Source of the DNA: a virus | Length of the DNA: 64,000 nt | Direction: 5' to 3' (one strand) | IMG/VR virus record: IMGVR_UViG_3300020424_000652 | In this document: one piece after another, positions 55,614-63,720 of the stretch | How positions within the stretch are numbered: position 1 is the stretch's first letter | Layout of the letters: every line of letters starts with the position of its first letter | Notes under the pieces: model-generated | What the model saw: the letters and a program-made list of their open reading frames with translations, nothing else | Told to the model about the DNA's origin: nothing | The model's database searches: none | Made by a program: the position numbers and the translations under genes

Positions 55614-57076
55614 TGAAAGACTGGAACAGTTTAACACACGATAGATACTATGAGGATCATCAATCAAATAATCAAGTAGGCATAGGCATACTTAATATTT
55701 CAAGAGATATAAAAAATGAATTTGTAAGTAAACGTTGTTTAGAAATGACTTACTTTTACATCAATAGAATGATGAAAATGAAAGTTGCAGATTACGTTGG
55801 CAGTTGGCACAAGGTTGAAAACATTCTCGAAAACAGTCTTGCAAAAGGACATGAATATTGTATAGTGGCCGCACAAGGATTGTTGCTTTATAGGGGTCCT
55901 AATCTAGTAGAACAAAGTTTAAAATATGCAAAAGAAAATCCTAACTTCTTTGTTTGTGGACACATCATGGACAAAAAAGGACAAAATCATTATGCAACCA
56001 AAGGAGCATATCCTGGTTTGCATAGGCAGTATCTTTTTGTTAATCTAAAAGTTTGGGAGCAACTTGGCAAACCTCCTTTTGATGAACTAGGAATATTTAG
56101 AGACAGAATGCCTAAGTTACAAAATTTTAAATTAAGTGAAGAAAAGATTCATGCTGAATATACACCTGCTTGGATTGATACTGCTGAGGGAGAAAAACAT
56201 TGGACAAAAACATCAGACGGTAGTAATTGGATTGATATTGCTTTAAGGTCAAATATCAAAATTGATAATCTAACAAATGACATGAGGGCTTGTAAAGTAT
56301 TTCTTTATCCATATAACAAATCAGACATTCTTTCAAAGAGCTGGATACAAAAAGATTATTGGCAAGTTGAAGAATTAAATTATAATCAAAAGGCTTGGTT
56401 ACGTAAATTAGACCAACAGGAAAAGATAGAAAAGGATCGTGTTTATGCTTTTAATACAGAAACTTTATCTGGCGAAGGTAAACGCACAGAAAACATTGAT
56501 CATTTGTTTAGTGTGGCCGCTGGATTCAAACCTTTGTCTATATTAAACACAAATGGATTCAATGATAACACAAAAATACATTACTTTGATTGGTGCGATG
56601 CAAGTTTATTATATAAAAGAGACCTTATAGAAACGTGGAATGGGGTCGATTTACACCTGTGGCTGTTGGAACATGATCTAAAGTATAACTTTGCCTCAAC
56701 GTATAGAGGCAATTACGAGCCATTTTGGCAACAAGAATTACAAGACTTTGGTGGTGCTGAAGCATTTAAAAAACTATGGGATAGGTATGTAAACCTTGAA
56801 CACAATTATTACAAAATAGATATTGTAAACGAACCAACAAACCTTTTTAATATTATCAAAGCACAGGAAGGCAACAAAGTTTTATGGACTACCAATGTAT
56901 GGTCAAGTGAAATGTTGCATTGGAATCAAGGTCCAGATCAACTTAAAATCAAATGGAACAAATTTAAAAGTTTGGTACCTGATGATTTAATTTTGTATGG
57001 TGATGATTATTGTGCTATTGATATGCGTCAAAGCATACGTGACAATTTAAATATAAGTTATCCTGAATTTAATTAG
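55613..57076 (+). CDS. Hypothetical two-domain enzyme (GT-A-like N-half, possible Rossmann/SAM-binding C-half)
   Basis: Start ATG 55613 after GGAGG. YLFVNLKVWEQLGKP resembles a GT-A strand/helix; LFSVAAGFK...IHYFDW resembles methyltransferase motifs I/II. Confidence 0.4.
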   Translation: MKDWNSLTHDRYYEDHQSNNQVGIGILNISRDIKNEFVSKRCLEMTYFYINRMMKMKVADYVGSWHKVENILENSLAKGHEYCIVAAQGLLLYRGPNLVEQSLKYAKENPNFFVCGHIMDKKGQNHYATKGAYPGLHRQYLFVNLKVWEQLGKPPFDELGIFRDRMPKLQNFKLSEEKIHAEYTPAWIDTAEGEKHWTKTSDGSNWIDIALRSNIKIDNLTNDMRACKVFLYPYNKSDILSKSWIQKDYWQVEELNYNQKAWLRKLDQQEKIEKDRVYAFNTETLSGEGKRTENIDHLFSVAAGFKPLSILNTNGFNDNTKIHYFDWCDASLLYKRDLIETWNGVDLHLWLLEHDLKYNFASTYRGNYEPFWQQELQDFGGAEAFKKLWDRYVNLEHNYYKIDIVNEPTNLFNIIKAQEGNKVLWTTNVWSSEMLHWNQGPDQLKIKWNKFKSLVPDDLILYGDDYCAIDMRQSIRDNLNISYPEFN

Positions 57077-58437
57077 TGTAAGTCTACCCAGCTAACACCA
57101 GTACGTACTTGAAGTTTGTTTGAGGTTGTGTTGTAGATAACCATACCAGCACTTACTGAACTTAATGCGTCTCTTTGCACTTCTGTTAGGTTAGCAAATT
57201 TTACTGTACTTGAGAATATTGCATCTCCGTCAACATCTAGCACGGCAGTTGCAGTTTGTTTGTTTACACCTAATCTACCTTGTGAATCAAATGTTAAGTA
57301 TTTTAGATCTGGTGATGAGTTTGAACCTGCTTGGGTTACAACCTCCATTTTACCTTTCATTGTGTCTGTGCCAATTGGTGAGTTATTTGGATCTACTCTC
57401 CAAGCAATACCACCTGACTCAACAATGTTAGTTGTGCCTGTGTCATAACCTTGGAAACTTAACTTACCAATGTATTGACCAGCCACCATTGCATTTGGTG
57501 TTACTAAATTATCTTTGAATCCTCTGAATACTAATGCAGTTAATGGATCAAAGGAACTGTTTGTCTTACCAAATATTTTTAAAGCACTACCACCTGCTGA
57601 GTTATCATTGATTGTCATTGTGGTTGGTACACCAGCTGTCTTGCTTGATATAAAGAAGTCAGCCTGTAGTGCTGATAGTGTATCACTGTTGATACTAATT
57701 AATCCGTTGTCTAATCTTACAGTACTGTTGACAGCATCAACTAATATTGTTGAATCATCACCTGCTATCGTACCTTTGAAGTTTCCTGTTATACTTCCAG
57801 CAGTTATACTTGGAGCCGCAACTGCTCCAGTAAATGTTGCCGCACCTGCATTGATTTCTTTTGATGTTGCATTAAAGAAACTTGTATTATCAGTTGCCTT
57901 AACATCACCTTTAAATGTACCTGAAGCATTAATGGCTCCAGTTGCCTTGTTTACTATTACAGTTGAATCATCACCAATTATATTTGCATTTACACTTCCA
58001 GCATCAAGTGTATCTGTAATGTGTAAAGATCCAAAGTAACCTTGGTTCCATCTTAATGTTGCAGATCCAACATTTCTTGCACTATCAACATCTGGTAAAA
58101 TGTGTGATTCTACTTTTGCAGTTAAATTTAATGTATCAGAGCTGGCGTCACCTACTGTTAAATTACCGCCTAAAGTTAAGTTTCCATCAGCAGTAATATT
58201 ACCTGTTACTGTGATATTTCCAGTTGTGTTGATGTTACCTGTACCAACTAAATCAAAATTGTTAAGTGAAAGATTTGACCCTAATGCGGCGCCGGCTGTA
58301 TCAACAGGATTACCACCCTGTGTAGTTCCGTCTCCAACAAATAGCTTTTTGGTGTCTGTAGTATAGATCAATTCACCATCTGCTGGTGTAATTAATGCTC
58401 TTTGTGAGTCTGTTCCTCTTCTTAATTTTAACGCCAT
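57073..58437 (-). CDS. Tail fibre-like protein with Mtd-N/hyaluronidase-type N-terminus
   Basis: MALKLRRGT...PADGELIYTTDTKKLFVGDG; GNI beta repeats; GDDST repeats; C-terminal GMVIYNTTSNKLQ. Confidence 0.75.
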   Translation of the reverse strand: MALKLRRGTDSQRALITPADGELIYTTDTKKLFVGDGTTQGGNPVDTAGAALGSNLSLNNFDLVGTGNINTTGNITVTGNITADGNLTLGGNLTVGDASSDTLNLTAKVESHILPDVDSARNVGSATLRWNQGYFGSLHITDTLDAGSVNANIIGDDSTVIVNKATGAINASGTFKGDVKATDNTSFFNATSKEINAGAATFTGAVAAPSITAGSITGNFKGTIAGDDSTILVDAVNSTVRLDNGLISINSDTLSALQADFFISSKTAGVPTTMTINDNSAGGSALKIFGKTNSSFDPLTALVFRGFKDNLVTPNAMVAGQYIGKLSFQGYDTGTTNIVESGGIAWRVDPNNSPIGTDTMKGKMEVVTQAGSNSSPDLKYLTFDSQGRLGVNKQTATAVLDVDGDAIFSSTVKFANLTEVQRDALSSVSAGMVIYNTTSNKLQVRTGVSWVDLH

Positions 58438-58465
58438 TTATTACATCTCCTGGATCTGTTATATG

Positions 58466-58473
58466 TATTTATA
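58466..58473 (-). promoter_or_regulatory. Perfect T4 late promoter TATAAATA
   Basis: TATTTATA on + upstream of the GGAG RBS and ATG 58437. Confidence 0.75.
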
Positions 58474-58486
58474 CCAAATAAGCATT

Positions 58487-58813
58487 TTACTTGCGGCGTT
58501 TTAGAAAGCGATTCGTGGACTTCTGTACGTCTTTTTTGACCCTATCAGTGTCTAGTTTAAAGTCCACGTGCTTGATACTGCTATCATACGTATGAAACAG
58601 TTCTCTGAGTGTTTTTTCTAGTTGTTTAGCAGGGTTCTTATTAACGTCTACTGCTATGTCCCATTGTTTACCGTTATTAAAACGCACCCTTAAAGAGTGT
58701 AAGTACTCTAGCGGTATTGCTCGAACATCAACGTCCCCGAATACATCGGGCCATTTGTTTACAACTTCTGGTGGAAGGCTTTTTGTTTTACGCCTTGCCA
58801 CTGGATTTCCCAC
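58487..58813 (-). CDS. Hypothetical protein (start possibly GTG 58801)
   Basis: Basic ~105-aa ORF in a tightly packed minus-strand run. Confidence 0.55.
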   Translation of the reverse strand: MGNPVARRKTKSLPPEVVNKWPDVFGDVDVRAIPLEYLHSLRVRFNNGKQWDIAVDVNKNPAKQLEKTLRELFHTYDSSIKHVDFKLDTDRVKKDVQKSTNRFLKRRK

Positions 58814-59390
58814 TTTTACTTGGGTCTAAATCCTCGGCCTGCTTTCGCAATTCAGTTGCTTCTTTAAACAGTCTATCAGCATCTGCTCTCATATTGTTTG
58901 CAAGTTGCTGATCTGTAAGCGGTTGTTCTTTTGCCGCTTCTACAGTTGCACTTGCTTCACCTGATGGAACAGTTTCAGCAGTAGCTATTGTGTCAACTGA
59001 ACTTCCTCCAACTGCCAAATCAGCTACACCTACTCCTTTTTGTTCAGCGATCATTTTGTTAAGCTCGTCTAAACTTATTGTGGATGCGGTGTCTGGTGTC
59101 ATTTCAACATCACTTGTAGATACTTTAGTTAGTTTACCAGTAAGATGGAATGAGTTTAACATCATGCTACCATCACCTAGTGGTGTTCTTTGCATCGCAT
59201 CAGCAAGTTCGTCAGCTGTCTGTCCAGTGTTGCTTTCGATCAATGTCATTAATTTGTCATGATCAGCATCTTTGATATTTTCAGTTTGAACAACCAATGC
59301 ACTATGTGGATCACCTGGTATTGTTCTGAAAACGACAGCAACTTTTCTTCCTGTCTCTTTCATTCTTCCTATGTGCTTCATATTAGCCAT
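58788..59390 (-). CDS. Hypothetical protein with C-terminal coiled coil
   Basis: 200 aa; GGAG RBS. Confidence 0.6.
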   Translation of the reverse strand: MANMKHIGRMKETGRKVAVVFRTIPGDPHSALVVQTENIKDADHDKLMTLIESNTGQTADELADAMQRTPLGDGSMMLNSFHLTGKLTKVSTSDVEMTPDTASTISLDELNKMIAEQKGVGVADLAVGGSSVDTIATAETVPSGEASATVEAAKEQPLTDQQLANNMRADADRLFKEATELRKQAEDLDPSKSGKSSGKA

Positions 59391-59706
59391 TTGCTTTGTC
59401 TCCTTCAGTAGGAGCAGTTGCTGGCGCAGGTGCGTCAGGTTGCTTTGCTACTTGTTGGTTTTGAATTGAAGTTAAAAAGGTATCTAACTTATTAAAAGTC
59501 TTACCTACTGCTTCAAGTTCGTTGGCTTTGAAAGCCCCACGACTTTGTGCAACTTCAATAATAGTTTTTATAACACCAAGGTCTTGAACTGTTAGTTCAG
59601 TTGCCTGCGGTGCTTGTCCCGTCTTTGCATCACCCGTCGGTGCGGCCATAGTCGGTTGTGCCGGCTCAGTTACTGGAGCCTGTGCAGTTTTGTTTTCATC
59701 TGACAT
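59383..59706 (-). CDS. Hypothetical protein (P/A/Q-rich termini, helical core)
   Basis: 107 aa; AGGAG RBS; two TAAGTA motifs upstream at 59742-59754 (-). Confidence 0.6.
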   Translation of the reverse strand: MSDENKTAQAPVTEPAQPTMAAPTGDAKTGQAPQATELTVQDLGVIKTIIEVAQSRGAFKANELEAVGKTFNKLDTFLTSIQNQQVAKQPDAPAPATAPTEGDKANG

Positions 59707-59754
59707 TTATGTCTCCTATTATAATAGTATAATTATATACCTACTTAATACTTA

Positions 59755-60021
59755 TTAATACTTCAAATGTGGACAGGCTAACATGAAATATGAAAGCTCT
59801 CTTTCATTTTCAAAACCAATCCTCATTTGGTTTTTATATTGGTTTTTGGAATCCAATACCATTGTTTTGCCTATGTGATATCTGCCTTTAAGATTTCCTT
59901 CAATCCATTTTCTCATTGAATCTTCTAGATTGTATTGTTGTTCTATTTCAATATATTCAAAATGTGGTGCCTGATACTTGACCTCACGAAGTCCAAAAAA
60001 GTTTAGTGCATTTGGTTTCAT
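59755..60021 (-). CDS. Hypothetical protein
   Basis: 88-aa ORF in the operon-like run. Confidence 0.55.
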   Translation of the reverse strand: MKPNALNFFGLREVKYQAPHFEYIEIEQQYNLEDSMRKWIEGNLKGRYHIGKTMVLDSKNQYKNQMRIGFENERELSYFMLACPHLKY

Positions 60022-60022
60022 A

Positions 60023-60100
60023 TTAAAATACCAATACGTTAATGATTATTAAAGAAACAATCAAGAGTGCCGTGTAGTCCCAATATGGAAATTGATCCAT
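60023..60100 (-). CDS. 25-aa single-pass membrane peptide; not in ORF track
   Basis: MDQFPYWDYTALLIVSLIIINVLVF; ATG overlaps the VWA-gene stop (TAATG), GAGG RBS, fills the gap. Confidence 0.5.
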   Translation of the reverse strand: MDQFPYWDYTALLIVSLIIINVLVF

Positions 60101-61407
60101 TAAGCCCTCTTCTTCTCGTCATAATGACAAGTGATACCAAATGGTGCCTGTAAGTTCTTGTCATGATTTGAATGAATTACAAATACTGTATCACAGTAAT
60201 TATCATCACCCCAGCTATCCCAAGGATAACCATCTGTAAACATTATGAACCTTTTAGGAAGTATATCATTTTCTTTCATGTATTCCCAGTTGGCATTAAA
60301 GTCTGTACCACCGCCACCAGTAACTTTGTATTCACTCAGTTCACTTCCGTTGTCGGCAGTAAAATCTTGTTCATTGTAAACGGCTGTATCAAAGCACCAT
60401 AATTTAATGTTATAGTCTTTGTACTCTTGCATGATACCTTGTACTTCACCTAAGAAGTCTTCAGCTTGTTCGTTACCAATTGAACCTGACATATCAATTG
60501 CAATACAAATATCAATAGTTTCGTCAAACTGCATACCAGGAAGGATTGCACCAGTGTGCCAACCTCTTCTGCTAGGACGAGCAAAACTGTAATCATTTCT
60601 GATTGTACTTTGTATTTGTTGTCTAAGTATTTCTCTCCAATTCATCTTTGGTTCAGTAAGATTCTTAATCATTCTTTCAATTTCTTTAGGAGTCTTACCT
60701 GCACCAGCGGCCTGTGCCGCAGACATCATGTTCTCTTTTATTTCATCTCTAATCTTAGAAAGTTCTTCTTTGCTATAAGACGGCTTACTACTCTTGCCAT
60801 CTTTACTACCAGACTTGCTTTGACCATCACCTTTTTCCCAATCAATGTGTTCGTCAAGTAGTTTACCTAATTGTTTTAATTCTTCTTTGTCAGCTTTCTT
60901 GTAAAGCTCATCATATACTGCTTCTGAAGTCCAACCTTCATATTTAAAGTCTTGGTATATAGGAATATCTGCAGGTTTTTCACCTATGCCGTCTCTTACA
61001 AGTGTATTGTTTACGATATAGTCTGCGGCAATGTTATGAAGCATAGCATCTCTATCTTCACGTCTTGTCATATGGTCATATACACAATGAAGTATCTCAT
61101 GTGCAATTACAAATTCAACTTCTTTGTTAGACATCTTTGCAAAGAATGGAACACTATAAAACAAGTGTCTACCATCTGTTGCGGCAGTAGGACACCAATC
61201 TGTTGCTTCTTTAATAACAAGCCTTGTAGCCATGTTACCAAAGAAAGGATGTCTAAGTAATAGTCCTACCCTTGCTACAATAATTTTATCTAAAACTTCT
61301 GCTCTTAGTTCGTCAGTAATTTCAACTTCTGGGGCATTTTTAATCTCTTCCCATCTGTCTAATACTTCTTGTTCTTTTGTTGATATATTAGTTGTCATTT
61401 GTGCCAT
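60100..61407 (-). CDS. DUF2201-type metallopeptidase with C-terminal VWA domain
   Basis: TAATDG, HEILH (HExxH), NIAADYIVN, MIDAS DMSGS, GGGGTDF, FTDG. Confidence 0.85.
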   Translation of the reverse strand: MAQMTTNISTKEQEVLDRWEEIKNAPEVEITDELRAEVLDKIIVARVGLLLRHPFFGNMATRLVIKEATDWCPTAATDGRHLFYSVPFFAKMSNKEVEFVIAHEILHCVYDHMTRREDRDAMLHNIAADYIVNNTLVRDGIGEKPADIPIYQDFKYEGWTSEAVYDELYKKADKEELKQLGKLLDEHIDWEKGDGQSKSGSKDGKSSKPSYSKEELSKIRDEIKENMMSAAQAAGAGKTPKEIERMIKNLTEPKMNWREILRQQIQSTIRNDYSFARPSRRGWHTGAILPGMQFDETIDICIAIDMSGSIGNEQAEDFLGEVQGIMQEYKDYNIKLWCFDTAVYNEQDFTADNGSELSEYKVTGGGGTDFNANWEYMKENDILPKRFIMFTDGYPWDSWGDDNYCDTVFVIHSNHDKNLQAPFGITCHYDEKKRA

Positions 61408-61430
61408 CTTTTCCTAATTGTTATAATACT

Positions 61431-61459
61431 ATTATATGATATTTAATTGAGTTTGTCAA
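61431..61459 (-). promoter_or_regulatory. Consensus sigma70 promoter (TTGACA-17-TATAAT)
   Basis: On -: TTGACA at 61459-61454, 17-nt spacer, TATAAT at 61436-61431. Confidence 0.85.
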
Positions 61460-61461
61460 CC

Positions 61462-61494
61462 AAAAAGAGTGGGGGAAAACCGAAATTTTCCCCC
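61462..61494 (-). terminator. Rho-independent terminator after the AAA ATPase gene
   Basis: 9-bp stem GGGGGAAAA/TTTTCCCCC (61471-61494) followed on - by ACTCTTTTT. Confidence 0.75.
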
Positions 61495-61514
61495 TAGTAT
61501 TCCAAAATATTGGA

Positions 61515-62600
61515 TTACTTCTCCTGTGCGGCTTTAATATATTTGCCATATTTTTCATGGAACTCATCAAAGCACTCAACCTCATCTGGGTCGATTGGAA
61601 GTTGATATTGTGTAAGAGCTAACTTGATACCCATAACAACTAGTTCAGTATCAAAGTTGTCCATCGCAAAACGTAAAAAGTTATTGACTTTGTCATCAAA
61701 CTTCTTATCGCTCTTATCACTGGCTTCCTTCAGCTCGTAACATAAAGATACAGTTAAGGAATACATGGCACTGATTTCTTTTGTATCTAAAGTTTTAACC
61801 TTACCAGCCAATACATCAGATGGATTAGGTAATTGAGCTGACACTTTTCTGTGTGCCATAAATTTAACGGCAAGTCCTTCGCCGACTGAACCACTAACAA
61901 GATCTGTTGTGGTTGCTTCATCGTCATCATCTTCCAAAAGCTCGGAAACAAATGACCATGAACGAGGTGTTGCAAAAGATCTACTTGGACTCTTAGGATC
62001 AAAGTCATACAAGTCTTTCTTTGCAAAAGTCAAGTAACCTACTACATCCTCATGGATGCTATTCTTAACTGCCCAGCTAAACCAATCATCAAAGTCCACT
62101 TTCAATTCTAAGTGTACAAATCTGTTTGCCAACGGAGCAGGCATTCTGTAAGTTACACCTTTATCTGCTTCTCTGTTACCAGCGGCAACAATCAAAACAT
62201 TGTCAGGTAATTTATATGTACCAACCTTCCTGTTAAGGATAAGTTGATATGCCGCGGCCTGTACTGCCGGAGCGGCTGAATTCATTTCATCTAAGAACAA
62301 TACAATCTTCTTGTACTTCTTAGCCATTTTAGCATCTGGCAATTCTGCCGGAGGTGCCCATTTCATTGTGTTATCGTTTGCCGCATAATAAGGAACACCT
62401 TTAATATCTGTTGGTTCCCATAATGACAAACGAACGTCAATCATATATGCGTCAATGTCTTCACTAATCTGTGAAACAATGTCGGACTTACCAATACCTG
62501 GAGGTCCCCATATAAAGATTGGTCTTTGTTTATTGAATGCCCTTAGGATGCTTTTCTTTGCATTGTTTGGGCTAACTTGTCTTACTGCGATGTTTTCCAC
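61515..62600 (-). CDS. MoxR-type AAA+ ATPase
   Basis: Walker A GPPGIGKS, Walker B LFLDE, VAAGN sensor, PLANRF arginine finger, TPRSW; GGAG RBS and GTG start. Confidence 0.9.
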   Translation of the reverse strand: MENIAVRQVSPNNAKKSILRAFNKQRPIFIWGPPGIGKSDIVSQISEDIDAYMIDVRLSLWEPTDIKGVPYYAANDNTMKWAPPAELPDAKMAKKYKKIVLFLDEMNSAAPAVQAAAYQLILNRKVGTYKLPDNVLIVAAGNREADKGVTYRMPAPLANRFVHLELKVDFDDWFSWAVKNSIHEDVVGYLTFAKKDLYDFDPKSPSRSFATPRSWSFVSELLEDDDDEATTTDLVSGSVGEGLAVKFMAHRKVSAQLPNPSDVLAGKVKTLDTKEISAMYSLTVSLCYELKEASDKSDKKFDDKVNNFLRFAMDNFDTELVVMGIKLALTQYQLPIDPDEVECFDEFHEKYGKYIKAAQEK

Positions 62601-62656
62601 TTTGTACTCCTTTGTTTAGTTTTTCAGTGCCATACTTTATTTCTAAGTATGTATAT

Positions 62657-62685
62657 ATAATAGCACCTATTACTCAAAAGGTCAA
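62657..62685 (-). promoter_or_regulatory. sigma70 promoter (TTGACC-17-TATTAT, extended -10 TG)
   Basis: On -: TTGACC at 62685-62680, 17-nt spacer ending TGC, TATTAT at 62662-62657. Confidence 0.7.
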
Positions 62686-62726
62686 CCGGAAAATGTATTA
62701 TTTTACCAAAAAAGAATCCAATAAAA

Positions 62727-63122
62727 TCAAGGGTTTACTGATTCATCTGTCCGTTTTAATGCTTTAGCCAATCCATATTTACGAACATCGCCACTGAAAA
62801 GATGCAGTTCGAGTGCCTTCTTTTCATTCGTTACAGTCAATCCCTTGTTTGTTAGGAAGTATGGACAGTCAATAAACTTGTCCAAAAATATTACAACCTG
62901 GGTTGTAATTTTAAAATCTGGTGGAAAAGGAATATCATATGTTGCAAGTTCTATTTTTTCCATTAAGAATAACAGACCCGCTTCAGTAAGACGCAAACCA
63001 CCACTGTCTTTTTCTCTGGTATTCTGCCACCATACTGGCATATATTCTGCAAGGGAACTTTCGCTTATTGCAATACCGGCCTGTTTCAAGAATACCTTGG
63101 TATAGGTTTCTTTCCAGTTCAT
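62727..63122 (-). CDS. Hypothetical protein
   Basis: 131 aa; GLRLTEAG suggests a winged-helix wing. Confidence 0.55.
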   Translation of the reverse strand: MNWKETYTKVFLKQAGIAISESSLAEYMPVWWQNTREKDSGGLRLTEAGLLFLMEKIELATYDIPFPPDFKITTQVVIFLDKFIDCPYFLTNKGLTVTNEKKALELHLFSGDVRKYGLAKALKRTDESVNP

Positions 63123-63412
63123 TATTCTTCCTTAACTGTTTCGCCGGATGTGAGCTTAACTACTGTGAAATCTTTGACATCAAACAATTCATTTAATTTG
63201 TTTGCTAGATTAAAAGCATGACCTGGGTTTGAAAATGACACTTTTTTATATTTAGGTCCTGGATAGTTTGTCAGTGTGTTAGAGCTTTTTAAATTAAAAG
63301 GTTTATCCTTATAAAATACTGCCCAAATGGCTTCCGCATCAAGTACCTGTTCGGACTTGTAAGTTTTTCTATTAATGTTTTCTAAAACAACTGTTGGTTT
63401 AGGTCTACTCAT
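63122..63412 (-). CDS. Hypothetical protein
   Basis: 96 aa; AAGGA RBS; TAAATA upstream. Confidence 0.6.
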   Translation of the reverse strand: MSRPKPTVVLENINRKTYKSEQVLDAEAIWAVFYKDKPFNLKSSNTLTNYPGPKYKKVSFSNPGHAFNLANKLNELFDVKDFTVVKLTSGETVKEE

Positions 63413-63431
63413 ATTAACTTCCTTATACTAA

Positions 63432-63437
63432 TATTTA
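63432..63437 (-). promoter_or_regulatory. Late promoter core (ATAAATA)
   Basis: TATTTA on + in the gap upstream of ATG 63412. Confidence 0.55.
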
Positions 63438-63477
63438 TCTCAGTAAAGGAGTAATATACGTAGTTTATTGGATTATG

Positions 63478-63720
63478 CTACCAGCTCTTACCACCATCTA
63501 CGGTAACACTAACAACTTCTTCAGTATTATTTTGCTTGTCTACTAGCTTTTCAAGATCACCATGTAATCTTGACATTACACCTGCTAGTGTAAAAGCTAG
63601 GTTTTTAGCTTCTACAAGCGTCATACGTACTTCTTGTTGGTTAGTGCTATCTGCAACTTTAACTTTATCAATGTATTGTTGCAAAGGGATAGTGTTTAAA
63701 GGTTTAACGTCTGTTGACAT
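63478..63720 (-). CDS. Hypothetical protein
   Basis: 80 aa; GGAG RBS. Confidence 0.55.
   Translation of the reverse strand: MSTDVKPLNTIPLQQYIDKVKVADSTNQQEVRMTLVEAKNLAFTLAGVMSRLHGDLEKLVDKQNNTEEVVSVTVDGGKSW

Noticed and set aside
30409-57076. Host LPS/capsule island or bacterial chromosome segment
   Set aside because: Same codon style, GCWGC avoidance and late-promoter motif as the virion genes; no flippase, polymerase, ABC exporter, integrase or att repeats seen.
57073-58437. Diversity-generating retroelement suggested by the Mtd-like N-terminus
   Set aside because: No reverse transcriptase, no TR/VR repeat pair and no C-type-lectin variable C-terminus seen in the window.
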